Positions 1 to 13,020 of a stretch of DNA of 64,000 bases are shown in pieces. Source of the DNA: Mobula hypostoma. Lineage: Eukaryota. The stretch is taken from assembly GCF_963921235.1 (NCBI RefSeq), contig NC_086118.1:24430001-24494000 (forward strand). Direction: 5' to 3'. The notes under the pieces were generated by a model that saw only the letters and a list, made by a program, of their open reading frames with translations, did not search any database and was not told the DNA's origin. Every line of letters begins with the position of its first letter. Position 1 is the first letter of the stretch. Position numbers and translations under genes: made by a program.

Positions 1-630
1 GCTAACATTAAACCTGCTGATGAAGGCAGTGTTGACCTTTGTCTTATCTTTGTCTTGACCTTTGTCAATTATTAGATCTAACTCCTCTTCATAACTCTCT
101 CTTGACCTCAATGTTCACCCTGAACGTCAGGCCCACAAACTGCTTGGACAGTAACTGATTTCATCTTTTCTGGAGATCTTCATCCACAACCTCCAGCCTC
201 AAGATCCTCTAACCCTGAACCTACTTTTCCCTAACAAGTAGGACTGAGCTCATTGTTTCAACCTGTTATTTTTCAACGACATATTTCTTCTTATTTTGGC
301 TCTGTTCTTTCTGCTTTCATATTGTTCCTTTCCAAAAGTATCGGAGACATCTCTGACAATATCTGGTCATTTTCCAGTTAAATTTTCGCTGTGGATAGCC
401 CGTCTTTCTCGACCTCTCACTCACATGAGATGACATGAAGGCCAACTCATTCTCTTCCACCTCCACTCACTTTCAGTTGCATGAACTTGTTCTCACATTG
501 AACAGTTTCTTCTTTAACATTATTCACTGCGATAAGCTGCAGGGGACCAAACTATATCCTTCATTTTGTGGGATGTGTAAAGCAGCCCTTGTTTCAGTCC
601 CAGACAGGTCTTCTCCTTCATTTTTTTGAT
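1..630 (+). mobile_element. Old Penelope-like element (PLE), reverse transcriptase remnant
   Basis: KPAD(E)G at ~11-28 and ELVLTLNSFFFN...GTKLYPSF in ORF 435..629 match the PLE RT motifs KPADKGG and LAELVLTLNNFSF..GTRMGPSY; heavily decayed. Confidence 0.7.
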
Positions 631-747
631 ACTTACAGACTGGGTTCACGCTAGGAAATCGGGGATGGCAGGTTAGTGCAATAAAGTGGCTCTGAAGGAC
701 AGATCAGCTCTGATTTTATTGAATGGTATGCATAAAGAATGTTAAAA

Positions 748-1075
748 ATATCATGGACCACACACACACACATCAGATGAAGAAGTTCTCAGAGGCGCCC
801 AAGCAGTTCGATCACTCATACCAACAATAAGAGAAAGACAACTCAGATTCCTAGGACACATCATGCGGAAAGATGAACTAGAAAAACTCATACTCTCTGG
901 AAAGATTGAGGGGAGCAAACCTAGAGGAAGACCTCGGCTTATGTACATCAAAAGCAAGGCCAGGAGGCTATAGGTCGAGGAAATGGAAGTCATCCAAAAA
1001 ACGAAGGGTAGATTATATGGAAAACTATGGTCACCAAAGTCCACATCAGATATGGTACCTAGACAGACAGACATA
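748..1075 (+). mobile_element. RTE-clade LINE, 3' end
   Basis: Plus frame reads SDEEVLRGAQAVRSLIPTIRERQLRFLGHIMRKDELEKLILSGKIEGSKPRGRPRLMY, matching the RTE/BovB C-terminal motif FGH.MR...LEK..M.GKIEG.R.RGR; ends in an (AGAC)n tail. Confidence 0.85.
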
Positions 1076-1103
1076 CATAAAGAGTCTACATCCCATTCCT
1101 ACT

Positions 1104-2232
1104 CAACACACACAAAATCCTGGAGGAACTCAGCAAGTCAAACAGCATCTATGGAAATGAATAAATAGTCGACATTTTGGGCCAAGACCCGTCTTCAAGA
1201 CTAAAAAGGAAGAGGGAATATGCCAGAGTACAATGGTGAGGGGAGGGGAAGGAGGACTAAAAAGGAAGAGGGAATATGCCAGAGTACAATGGTGTAGGGA
1301 GGGGAAGGAGGACTAAAAAGGAAGAGGGAATATGCCAGAGTACAATGGTGTGGGGAAGAAGGTGATTGGTGAAGACAGGTGGGTTGGAAAGATAATGGGC
1401 TGGAGAAGAAGGAATCTTATAGGAGAGAAAAGTGGACCATTTGAGAAGGAGAAGGAGGAGGGGACCTAGGGGGAAGTGATAGGCAGGTGAGATGAGGTAA
1501 AAGGACACATTGGGGAAGAGAAGAGTGTAGAGGGAAGGAAAATATTTTTTTTAACCAGAAGGTTGGAGGTTACCTAGAAAGAGTATAAGGTGTTACTCCT
1601 CCACCCTGAGAGTGGCCATATTCTGGCACAAGAGGAGACCATGGATCAGGATGTCGGAACAGGAATAGGAATTGGAATTAAAGTGTTTGGTCACCCAGAA
1701 GTTCTGCTTTTGTTAGATGGAGTGGAGATGCTTGACAAAGGAGTCACCCAATTTACGATGGGTCTCACTAATGTAGAGAGTCCACATCGGAAGCACCGGA
1801 CACAAATTACAGCCCTAGAGGATTTGCAGGTGAAGTGTTGCCTCACCTGGAAGGACTGTTTAGAGCCCTAAATGGACGTGAGGGAGGAGTTGGATGAGAA
1901 GGCGTAGCACTTTGGCTGCTTGCAGGGATAAATGCTGGCAGGGAGATTAGAGGCGAGAGCGAAATGCATACGGGAATTACTGAGGGAGTGATCCCTATGG
2001 AAAGCAGAGAGGGACGTAGAAGTAAAGATGTGTTTAGTGGTAGGATTCCTTTGGAGATGGCAGAAATTGTGGAGGATGATGTGTTGGATGTGGAGGCTCA
2101 TGGATTGGTATGTAAGGACTAGAGGAACTTTTAAGGCAGAGGGAGGATGGGGAGAGCACAGATGTATAGGAAATGGAGGAGATGTGGCTGACGGCAGCAT
2201 CAATAATGGAAGAAGGGAAACTCCGTTCAGAC
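1104..2232 (-). mobile_element. PLE 3' part (RT C-terminus, GIY-YIG remnant, terminal repeat)
   Basis: Terminus caacacacacaaaatcctggaggaactcagc shared with other PLE copies here; minus ORF 1868..2203 has IQHIILHNFCHLQRNPTTKHIF..SAFHRDHSL..YPCKQPKCY. Confidence 0.85.
1199..1360. repeat. 56-bp tandem repeat (~2.7 copies) inside PLE
   Basis: ctaaaaaggaagagggaatatgccagagtacaatggtg recurs at 1201, 1257 and 1313. Confidence 0.95.
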
Positions 2233-2364
2233 AGTAGTGGAAGAAATATTCCTACTTCTGTTATATATAGATCCCAAATCTTCTATATCCTCTGCAGCTA
2301 ATTTGTATTGTAATTTATTATAATGGAAGTTTTCCTACATTCATTTCAGGGGATGAGTTAGTTA

Positions 2365-3500
2365 GACCATACAACAATAAAACGTAGAGCAGAATGACAT
2401 CATTTGGCCCTGCAAATCTGCTCCGCCTTTCAATCAGTGTTAATTTATTTTCCCTCCAAACCCCATTCCACTGCCTTCTGTACATAACCTTTGATACCCT
2501 TACTAATTAAAAACCTACTAACTTCTGCTTTAAATATGTGCAATGGTTTGGCCTCCAAATTCTAAACTCTCACCACCATCTAGCTAAAGAAATTCCTGCT
2601 CATTTTCATTAAAAAATGATGTCCTTCAATTCTGTGGCTCTGCCCTCTGGTCCTAGACTTCCCCACTACTGGAAATATCATCTTCATGTTCACTCTATCC
2701 AGGCTTTCCAGTATTCTGTAGGTTTCAATGAGATCATCTCTCATTCTTCTAAACTCCTTGAGTACAGGCCCAGAGCCATCAAACACTCTTCATATGTTAA
2801 ACCCTTTCATCCTTGGGATCACTCTTGTAAACTTCCTCTGAATGCTAGCACATCATTTCTTAAATAAGGGGTCCACAACTGCTCACAAGACTGCAGATGT
2901 AAGACCATAAGATATGTGGTATAAGCAATGCCTTATAAACCCTCAACATTACATACTTGCTTTTATTTTCCATTCCTCTGGAAATAAATGCTAACAATGC
3001 ATTTGCATCTCTTACCACTGACTCAACTTACAAGTTAACATTTAGAGAATCCTGCACTAGAGCTCCATGTCCCTTTGCACCTCCGAGTTCTGAATTCACT
3101 CCCCATTTAGAAAATAGTTTATGCCTTTACTTCTTCTACTAAAATGTATGATGATACACTTCCCTATATTGATTTTCTATCTACTACTTCTTTGTTCATT
3201 CTCCTGAAATGTCCAAGTCATTCTGCAGACTCCCTGCTTCCTCAACGCTATCCTGGTGTTATCCACAAACTTGGCAAAAGGCCATCAATTCTGCCATCCG
3301 GAATATTAACAAATATAAAAAGTAGAGACCAAACACTGATGATCCCTGTGGGTCACAACTGTTCATCAGCAGCCAAATGGAAAAGACCCCATTTATTCCC
3401 ACTCTTCCCCTCTGCCAGTCAGCCAATCTTTCTACCCATGCTGGTACCTTTCCTGTAATACCATGGGTTCTTCTCTTGTTTAGTAGCCACATGTGGTTAG
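2365..3500 (-). mobile_element. CR1 LINE, 3' fragment
   Basis: Minus ORFs LEFRRMRDDLIETYRILESLDRV and HGITGKVPAWVERL are typical of CR1 ORF2. Confidence 0.9.
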
Positions 3501-3904
3501 TGCTTAATTTCCAAATCTAACCTAATTAAAGAATGTTATATTTTTCAATGATATCACCTTGCATTCTTCTATACTCCAGAGATTATCAGCATAATCTCCT
3601 TAATTTCTCCTCATGTAACATGTTCATTATCCTGGGAATCAATCCAGCAAATGTTTACTTCATTCCCTTTATCTTAAGTATACCCTTCTTGAATAAGGAG
3701 ACTAGATGTGCTCACAATATTCAAGTGTTCGATATAAGTGGAGAAAGATGACTCTACATTTTCTCTTAAAGCCCCTTGCAATTAAGGCAGATATACCATG
3801 TACTTTTCCGATAGCTCTTACTATTTGCATTAATCTTAAATTCTTCTTGTAAAAGAATCTAGGTCCTGAAAACACCAATACTTTTTATCTTGTGCAATTA
3901 ACAA

Positions 3905-4335
3905 TATTTCTCATCCCTTCTCTTCACTCTTATTCCATTCCCTGTTCTGGTTAACCTCTCACCCCTTCACTTCTCCTCTCCTGCCCTTCACTTCCCTTTG
4001 GTGTCCAAACTCCTTCCCATTCTTCCATGGTCTACTGTCTTCTCCTATCAGATTCCTTCTTCTTCAGCCCTTTACCTCTTCCACTTATCACCTCCAAACT
4101 TCTTCATTCTCCCTCCCCTTCCCATCCAGCTTCCCTCTCCTCTGATTTCACCCATCAGCTGCCTGCTTGTACCCTTTCCCCTTCTCCTAGCTTTTTCTCC
4201 CTTCTTTTCCAGGCCTGATGAAAGATCTCAGCTTAAAATGGCAACTGCTTATTCCTTTCCATAGATGCTGCCTGATGCGCTGCAATATTTTAAGTGTACT
4301 GCTCAAGATTTCAAACAACTGCGGATTCTCTTGAA
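3905..4335 (+). mobile_element. PLE terminal repeat, old copy
   Basis: Pyrimidine-rich tract followed by degenerate hammerhead cctgatgaaagatctcagcttaaaatg and the atagatgctgcctg terminus. Confidence 0.75.
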
Positions 4336-4538
4336 TTTTTAATAATTTGCCTTTCTATATTTTCCACCATAGTGGATAATCTCACATTTTCCTATGTGGT
4401 ATTCCGTCTTCCAGTCTCCTGCAATTTATGAAAACTTGTCCATATTCCTTTGAGGTTTTTCTTCCTAACTTACACTGCAATCCAGTCATGTGTCACAAGC
4501 AGAGTTGGATATGTGACATATGATCCCTTCCTTCCCTT

Positions 4539-5008
4539 ATAATAAATAAATAAATAAGGGATGGGGTACGAAGGGGAGGTGGGGCATAATGCCATTCCTT
4601 ATTTTTTTTTCTTTTCCCCTTTTTTCTCTTTTTTTTCTCCCTCTGTCCCTCTCACTATAACTCCTTGCCCATCCTCTGGGTTTTCCCCTCCCCCCTCCCC
4701 CTTTCTTTCTCCCTAGGCCTCCCGTTCCATGATACTCTCCCTTCGTATCCCTTTTGTCAATCAACTTCCCAGCTCTTGGCTCCATCCCTCCCCCCTCCTG
4801 TCTTCTCCTATCATTTTGGATCTCCCCCTCCCCCTCCCACTTTCAAATTTCTTACTACCTCTTCTTTCAGTTAGTCCTGACGAAGGGTCTCAGCCCGAAA
4901 CGTCAACTGTATCCCTTCCTATAGATGCTGCCTGGCCTGCTGCGTTCACCAGCATTTTTTGTGTGTGTTGCTCGAATTTCCAGCATCTGCAGATTTCCTT
5001 GTGTCTGC
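4539..5008 (+). mobile_element. PLE terminal repeat with short 5' inversion
   Basis: Direct part ~4592-5008 is near-identical to 22845-23222; 4539-4587 is the adjacent element sequence in reverse orientation. Confidence 0.85.
4873..4908 (+). ncRNA. Minimal hammerhead ribozyme (PLE type); core intact, one mismatch in stem I
   Basis: agtc CTGACGA agggtctcagccc GAAAC GTC aact. Confidence 0.7.
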
Positions 5009-5607
5009 CTATTTCTTCCCATTCTGTTTTCTCTCCATCAGTTTATGCCAGTACATCACCTCGATTTTGTTTGATAACTTACTGTGTGGCTCATTTCCGA
5101 GGAGCTTCTAAAAGTCCACAATCACTACATCAATTATTCATCCTGACCTATTGTAATTTGCTCCCCTTATCATCAAAAATTATATCAATGTTGTCAGACA
5201 TGACTTCTCTCTCGTACGTCTATGATGATTGTCTGGGTGCCTCATTACTAACAATGAATATTTCTTCCATTTGTTCTGCTATTACTATTAAACTAACTTA
5301 TCTACAGTTCACTTTTTAGCTCTCCCTTTTTTTGGTGAGCTACATTTCTATGTTCCAGTCTGTAAAGACCTTTTTAAATTTTAGAGAAGTTTGGAGGAGT
5401 AAACAAAGTTAAAGTACATTATATCAGATATATCAATTGCATTTTATTGAGGTTTGGCTAACAGAAAACACATATTGGAACTAAACAGGTTATTTTGTGT
5501 CAGGAGGCTGTAACTGATGGAATACTCGAGGAATTCCCTGGATCTTCAACATCTATGAGAATAACTTAGATGAGGGACTCATGGATAATGTTCTATATAT
5601 CCAGTCA

Positions 5608-6525
5608 TAAACAACAGAAAATCTGCAGATGCAGTAATGGAAATCCAAACAACACACACAAATTACTGGAAGAACTCAGCAGGCCAGGCAGCATCTATGG
5701 AAAATTGATTACAGTCAATGTTTCAGGCCAAAACCCTTCAGCAGGACTGGAGAATAAAGATGAGGAATCAGAGTTAGAAGGTGGGGGAGAGGAGAAAGAA
5801 AGATAGGTGATAGGTGAAACTGGGAGGTGGGGTGGGGTGAAATAAAGAGCTGGAAGTTGATTGGTGGAAAAGGTGAAATCTAATAGGAAAGGACAGAAGC
5901 CCATAGAAGAAAGAAAAAGGGGGAGGAGCACCAGAGATGATTGGCAGAAAAGAAGATACGGAAGAGAGAGGGAAAAGGGAATGGGAAATGGTGAAGGAAA
6001 GGGGGACGTTTTACAGATGTTTGAGAAATCGATGTTCATGCCATCAGGTTGGAGGCTACCCAGACGGAATATAAGGTGTTGCTCCTCCAACCCAAGTATG
6101 CCCTCATCGTGACAGTCGAGGCCATGGATGGAAATGTCGGAGTTGGAATGGCAATGGGAAGTAGAACTAAAATGGGTGGAAACTGGGAGATCTCGCTTTT
6201 TCTGGCAGAAGGAGTGTAGGTGTTCGGCAAAGCGATCTCGCAACCCATGCCGGGTCTCACCGATATAGAAAGGGCCACACCGGGAACACCGGATACAAAA
6301 GATATCCCCAACAGACACACAGGTGAAGTGTCACATCAGCTGGAAGGACTGTTTGCATCCCTGAATGGTACTGAGGGAGGAGGTGTAGGGGCAGGTGTAA
6401 CACTTGTTCCGCTTGCAAGGACAAGTACCAGGAGGGAGATCAGTGGGGAGGGATGAATGGTCAGGGAAGTCACGTAGGGACCGATCCCTGTGGATGCAGA
6501 AAGTGGGGGTGGGGAAGGGAAAGAT
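5608..6525 (-). mobile_element. PLE 3' part with GIY-YIG endonuclease remnant
   Basis: ORF 5695..6318: DIFCIRCSRCGPFYIGETRHGLRDRFAEH...LEEQHLIFRLGSLQPDGMNIDFSN. Confidence 0.92.
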
Positions 6526-6534
6526 GCACTCTAT

Positions 6535-7079
6535 ATATCATATAACTATATAACAATTACAGCACGGAAACAGGCCATCTCGGTCCTTCTAGTCCGTGCC
6601 GAATGCTTACTCTCACCTAGTCCCACCGACCTGCACTCAGCCCATAACCCTCCATTCCTTTCCTGTCCATATGGCTGTCCAAATTAACTTTAAACGACAA
6701 CATCGAACCTGCCTCAACCACTTCTGCTGGAAGCTCATTCCACACAGCTACCACTCTCTGAGTAAAGAACTTCCCCCTCATGTTACCCCTAAACTTTCGC
6801 CCTTTAACTCTCAACTCATGTCTTCTTGTTTGACTCTCCCTCACTCTCAATGGAAAAAGCCTATCCACGTCAACTCTATCTATCCCCCTCATAATTTTAA
6901 ATACCTCTATCAAGTCCCCCCTCAACCTTCTACGCTCCAAAGAATAAAGACCTAACTTGTTCAACCTTTCTCTGTAACTTAGGAGATGAAACGCAGGCAA
7001 CATTTTAGTAAATCTCCTCTGTACTCTCTCTATTTTGTTGACATCTTTTCTATAATTTGGTGACCAGAATTGTACACAA
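6535..7079 (-). mobile_element. CR1 LINE 3' end, young
   Basis: ORF 6617..7003 LGLYSLERRRLRGDLIEVFKIMRG...FFTQRVVAVWNELP; nearly identical to 63220-63780. Confidence 0.95.
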
Positions 7080-8549
7080 GTCTTTTTGAAGATCCACTAT
7101 CCCCATGGCCACCTCTTTCAAAATTCATAGTAATTTTTTTTAAAATCAAAATACGTACATGTTACCATATACTAACTTGAGATTCATTTTCTTAGAAATA
7201 CAATAGAATTAAAAAACAATTAGACATAAACAGGCAAAGACTAGCAAGCAACCAATGCACAAAAGAAGACATCAAAGTCCTCTAATGCTGAAGATCCTAG
7301 AGATTCATTGCCTTTAAACCCATTAATTTTATTCATACTAGTTTTATTTTTACTGATCATAATTTTTTTGAGCTTTTTATTTGCTCCGGAAATGGAAAGA
7401 CAAAGCAAAATGTGGCACACAGAGGTGACTCTCAGCAAACATCCATTGGAATAAAACCTTCTTAGATAAGATTTACTTTCTGCTGGCTTAGGTCGAGCTG
7501 TTGGAATCCTGGAAAAGACAGTAGAAGTGAACCTACAAAGGCAGATTCTATTGCAGTGATATTAACCTGTTTTGTCAGAGACAGAGTAAGCGTAAGTACT
7601 TTCAAGCCGCAAAGCAAAATAAAAATATGGTTTTAACTGCACTGATGTGTTTATTACGTGCAACTTTTTGAATGGTCCATTATTTGTTCTAAACACTGAA
7701 ACGCAATCTTTGGTTTCCACTGAAGAATTGTAAGTATGACACTCAGCTTGCATATCATTGGATATCTTTAGCTCTCAGCTGACAGCAAAGCATGGCGTGA
7801 CTTTCTGTGAACAGGGGCTCTGCTAACACTGTAGATATTACTGCTTGAGAAGGTTATCTGTTCACCACTTTATATTGTTCTCATGTGTTCCACAGCTGTT
7901 GTAACTAGTTTAAGCAGTCAACAATGAGTGAAGTTAGTTGACCGCATCAGAGCTCAACATCCATTGTTAGCTTTCCCTCTGTTGCTTCTATTTTAGTAAA
8001 AAAAACATGATCTGTTCTCTAAAGACTTTAAAGAGAATGTACCCCAACATTTTTTCCTAAGGGGGAAGATAATGCTGTCTATAGTGCTTACCTGGATTTC
8101 AGTGCCTTCTGCCTGTATTGAGTGGTAATTTAAATGGTAAGAAGATTGTGTAGGAAATGCATTTAGCTTTCCCTATTGTTCTGACTTCAGAGTGTTTGTT
8201 ACACATTCTGACAGTGTAAAATATTTTCCTTCAAGAAAAAAATATTTCTTACAGTTGTTTCCAGAACTGCTCCCTGTGTCATCATCGGAAATTTAGAAAG
8301 GTTTCTTTCTCTTTCCATTTCAATGTACACCAAAAGGCCCAAAGGCAAAAGCTTAACTTGAAAACCTGAAAGTGTTGAGCCATACTGGACAGAAATTCTA
8401 ACCTCTGAATGGTACTGGCAAAACACAGTACAAATGTGATGAATATTCATCTGTGAATATTTCCATCCAGAATTTTCTTGACTCATATTGAGGCTCACGA
8501 GTGGAGAATGAACCGGTGTTCAGCCCCATTACTCTGTACCAGCCGAGAT

Positions 8550-8905
8550 CCCCCACCCAAGCCCGTCCCGTCTGCCTGTGTTTGACTCGTCTCCCTCTCT
8601 TCTCACCACTACCATCGCAAGTGAGGTGCAGAAGTATTGGGACCCATTTCACCAGGTTCAGGAGCTGCTGTTTCCCTCCAGCCATCGGGCTCCGAGACTG
8701 GCGTGGATGGCTTTACTCACCTCAGCACTAAGATAACTGCACAGCCCGCAGACTCACTTTCAAGTACTCTGACTTTGGTACGTACGGTGTCTCACGGATT
8801 CTGTTGTCTTTCTTTATTTTCCTGTGGGTGCCTCCGGGAAAATGAATCTCAGGGTTGGATATTGTATACATACTTCAGTAATAAATTTACTTTGAACTTT
8901 GAACT
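8550..8905 (+). mobile_element. Rex1/Babar LINE 3' end
   Basis: LFSPLPSQVRCRSIGTHFTRFRSCCFPPAI (Rex1 C-terminus LFS.LPSGRRYRS..T.T.RF.NSFFP.AI) and aataaatttac(tttgaac)n tail. Confidence 0.8.
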
Positions 8906-9067
8906 GCTCAATTGTGTATGTAAACATCACCAGCATGTCTTTTTACATTGCACTTGTAGGCAGTTCAAAGTGTGCTTAAAAAAGGTGATCAGTGTAGCTA
9001 TTATGAAGGGAGGAGGAGATGTCAAAGCTCTTACACAGAGAATACTAGCAGATGGGATTAAGATGTT

Positions 9068-9770
9068 CAACACATACAAAAAGCTGGAGGAATTCAACCG
9101 GTCAGGCGGCATCTATGGAAATGAATAAACAGTCAATATTTCGGGTCAAGAATCTTCTTTAGCACTGGAAAGGAAGGGGTCAGAACATGAAGGTGGGGGG
9201 AGGGGAAGGAGGACTAGCTAGAAGATGATAGGTGAAGCCAGGCGGGTAGGAAAGGTAAAGGGCTGGAGGAGAAAGAAACGAGTTTCCTTCAAGAGAGAAG
9301 AGTGGACTGTGAGAGAAATGGAAGGAAGAGGGGCACCAGGGGGAAGTAATAGGCAGGTGATGAGAAGAGGTAGGAGGCCGGAGTGGGGAACGGAAGAAGA
9401 GGTAAGGGGAAGGGAAAAATAATTACCAGAAGGAGAAATCAATGTTCATGCCATCAGATTGGAGGCAACATGGATGGAATATGAGGTGTTGCTCTTCCAC
9501 CCTGAGTATGGCCTCATCATGGCAAAAGAGGAGACCATGGACCAACATGTCAGAATGGGAATAGGGATAGGAATTAAAATGGTTTGTCAATGGAAAATTC
9601 CACTTTTTGCAGATGGAGCAGAGGTGCTCAACAAAGCGGTCCCCCAATGTAGAGCAGGTTGCATCAGGTGAATTTGGTGCAATCTACAACCCCAACAGAG
9701 TCGCAGGTGAAATCTGGCCTCAACTGGAAGGACTGTTTGTGGCCATGAATGGAAGTAAGTGAGGAGTCCT
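9068..9770 (-). mobile_element. PLE 3' part with GIY-YIG remnant
   Basis: ORF 9423..9647 GDRFVEHL...VEEQHLIFH...LQSDGMNIDFS; PLE terminus at 9068. Confidence 0.88.
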
Positions 9771-10569
9771 CAATGAAGGAAGATGATTCAAGGTATGGTT
9801 ACGTGGGATGGATATAAGGAGGAGTGATGGTCAAGGAGAAAGCTAAGGAGTAGTCAATTTTGGTGATGCTGAAGGAGTTCTGGAGGAAAGATTCAGTGAA
9901 AGATAAACTGGAGTTGCGATGGACAAATTACAATCTAATTTTTCTTTCAAACATATGATGCAAACAAAGGACATGAAGAAAGTACAACATAAACATCAAC
10001 AGCTAATGATAATTCCTGGCTAACAGCATACATGTGAACATCTGCACCTCCATCTGGAAATTACTTTGTATTATGTGAATGAAAATAGGTCACCACAAAA
10101 CCATTTGCAATGTTTTGTCCACTGCAGATTCAGTGCATATTCAAGTGTGGGGGCTTTTATAAATTATTTACAATTTGGTTCAAAACAATTTGAGATGTTC
10201 TACTTATTATATAACCTGCTAGTGGGGATAGCACTTTCAAACACTATATAGCTGACTTCTAATCCAAGCGAGGTCTAAAAAATATTGAAGCTCCTGAAGG
10301 ACCTTCAGGAACTTCAGTCTCGTACTGAAGGTGTGTCTCGGCTTGAAACATCCATTTCCATGGATGCTGCCTGGCTTGCTGAGATTTTCTATTAGTTTCT
10401 GTGTGTTGAAGATTATTAGATTTCCTTTAGCTAAATTTTGCAAATAAGAGCAAGGTAGTAAAAACAGGATGTCATTTTATTTGTGCACAATGCATGATGA
10501 GATGCACTTTGGAAGTATCTTCAGTTAAATTCTTGAAGAATAATTACCAACCCATTTGTCATTTTATAG

Positions 10570-13020
10570 AGTGATAGAGTCATAGAACACTGCAAGCAAA
10601 AAACTGGCCCTTCGGCCTATCTAGCTGATGTTAACCTGTTTTTCTGCCTAGTCCCATTTACCCGGACCCAGACCATAGCTTTCCAAACCCCATTTACTGA
10701 TTCAAACTTCTATCCTATGTTCTAATTGAACCCACATCCACACCTCTGCTGGCAGCTCATTCCATACTTGCACTGCCCTCTGTGAAAAAGATCACCCACA
10801 GTTTCTATTTAATATTTCACTTTTCATCCTAAACCCGTACCTCTAGTTCTAGTCTTACGCAACCTAAGTATACCCCTCATGATCGTGTATATCTCTATAA
10901 TATCTCACCTTATTCTCCTACACTCCAAGAAATAAAGTTATAACTAATTCAACCATTCCCTATAATTAAGATCCTCAAGTCCAAACAACATCCTTGTAAA
11001 TTTTCTCCACACTCCTTCAAGTTTATTGATATCCTTTATGTTGTTAGGTGACCAGAACTGCCCACAATACTTCAAATTTGGCCTTCACCAATCCAATGTC
11101 TAGAACAACTTCAACATAGCATCCCAACTCTTTTACACAGAGCTCTGATTCATGAAAACCAATGTGTCAAAAGCCCTACCAATATATTCTCAGATCCATT
11201 TGCCCTACTATTCACTGTGTCAGTCCTACCTTGGTTTGTACTGACAAAGTGCAACATGTCACACTTGACTGAATTAAATTTCATCTGCCATCTTTTTCAG
11301 CCGATTTTCCCAAACGGTCCTGATCCTACTGCAAGTTTTGATAGCCTTTGTCTCTGATTACTACGCACCCAGTCTGGGTGTCGTCCGCAATTTTGCTGAT
11401 CCAGTTTACCACATTATCACCTAAACCATTAATACAGGTGATAAACAACAATGGACCCAGCACCAAGCCCCTGTGGCACCCCATGAGTCACAGGCCTTCA
11501 ATCACAGAAAGAATCATCTATTTTCACTCTCTGGCTTTTCCCACGAAACCACTGCTGAATCCAATTTATTGCGTCTTCCATAAAGCCAAGTGACTAATGT
11601 TCTGAACAAATTAGGTCTATAGTCCTGCAGTCCTGATCAATAAACTGCAGAACTTGGGCCTCTGTACCTCCCTCTGCAATTGGATCCTCATCTTCCGAAC
11701 CGGAAGACCGCAATCTGTGGGGATTGATAATAATATCTTTTCCTTGCTGACGATCAACACTGGCGCTCTTCAGGAATGTGTACTTTGCCTACTGCCCTAC
11801 TCTCTCTACACCCATGACTGTGTGACTAGGAACAGCTCAAACACCATCTATAAATTTGTTGATGATACAACCATTGTTGGTAGAATCTCAGATGGAAACA
11901 AGAAGGCATACAGGAGCAAGATATACCAGCTAGTTGAGTGGTGTCTCAGTAACAACGCTGCACTCAGTGTCAGTAAGACCAAAGAGCTGATTGTGGACTT
12001 CAGGAATGGTAGGATGAGGGAACTCAAACCAATCCTCATTGAGGGGTCAGAAGTGGAGAAAATGAGCAATTTCAAGTTACTGGGTGTCAAGATCTCTGAG
12101 GATCTATCTAGCTCCCAATATATTGATGCAGCTATAAAGAGGACAAGATAATGACTATATTTCATTAGGAGTTTGAGGGAACTTGGTTTGTCATCTAAAA
12201 CACTCAAGAACATCTACAGATGTACCATGGAGAGCATTCTGACATGCTGCTTCACAGTCTGGTAGGGGGTGAGGAGAGGTGGTCGCTACTGCACAGCATT
12301 GAAAGAAGCTACAGGAAGTGGTACAATTAGTCATCTCCATCATGGGTACTAGTCTCCATAGTATCAAGCCATCTTCAAAGAGTGGTGCCTCAGAAAGACA
12401 GCATCCATTATTAAGAACCCGTATCACCCAAGACATGCCCTCTTCTCATAGTTACTGTCAGGAAGGAGGTACAGAAGCCTGAAGGCACACACTCAGCGAT
12501 TCAGGAACAGCTTCTTCCCCTCCACCATCCAATTTCTAAATGGACACTGAACCCATGAACACTACATCATTTTTTTATTATTTAATTGATTTACTTATAT
12601 CTTTTTCTATGTTATCATGTATTGCATTGTACTACTGCTGGTAAATTAACACATGTCATGACATACACCGGTGATATTAAACCTGATTGTAAAATTTCCC
12701 CTGCTGGATTTAGTCAAAGGCCTTGTTACAGTCCATTTTGTCCATTGCCTTTTCATCACGAACCTTCCTTGAAACCTCCTTAAAAATCTCTGTAAGATTG
12801 ATCAGACATGACCTGCCATGTACAAGCTATGTTGACTATCCCTAATCAGACCTTATCTATTCAAATGTAGTCCTTTTCAATTAATATCCCGTCCCTTAGA
12901 ATACCTTCCAATAATTTACCCACAACAGAGGCCAGGTTCACTGGCCTGTAATTTCCTAGCTTATTTTTAGAGTCTTTTTTGAACAACGGAACAACATTTG
13001 CTATTTTCCAGTTCTCAGGC
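10570..13020 (-). mobile_element. CR1 LINE fragment, interrupted by Rex1 at ~11615-12695
   Basis: CR1 3' tail at 10570 (atagagtc repeats); RT-region antisense sequence up to ~11610 resumes at ~12697 (gacatgacctgccatgtacaa..., ctggcctgtaatttcc = GNYRP). Confidence 0.8.
11615..12695 (+). mobile_element. Rex1/Babar LINE, 5'-truncated
   Basis: ORF 11654..12151 LCNWIL.F.TGRPQSV...[32 protein letters not shown]. Confidence 0.92.

Noticed and set aside
4729..5319. Recurrent peptide SPDEGSRPETSTVPLPRDAAWPAAF in many ORFs as a protein family
   Set aside because: It is the translation of the PLE terminal repeat and hammerhead sequence; the conservation is explained by repeat copy identity.
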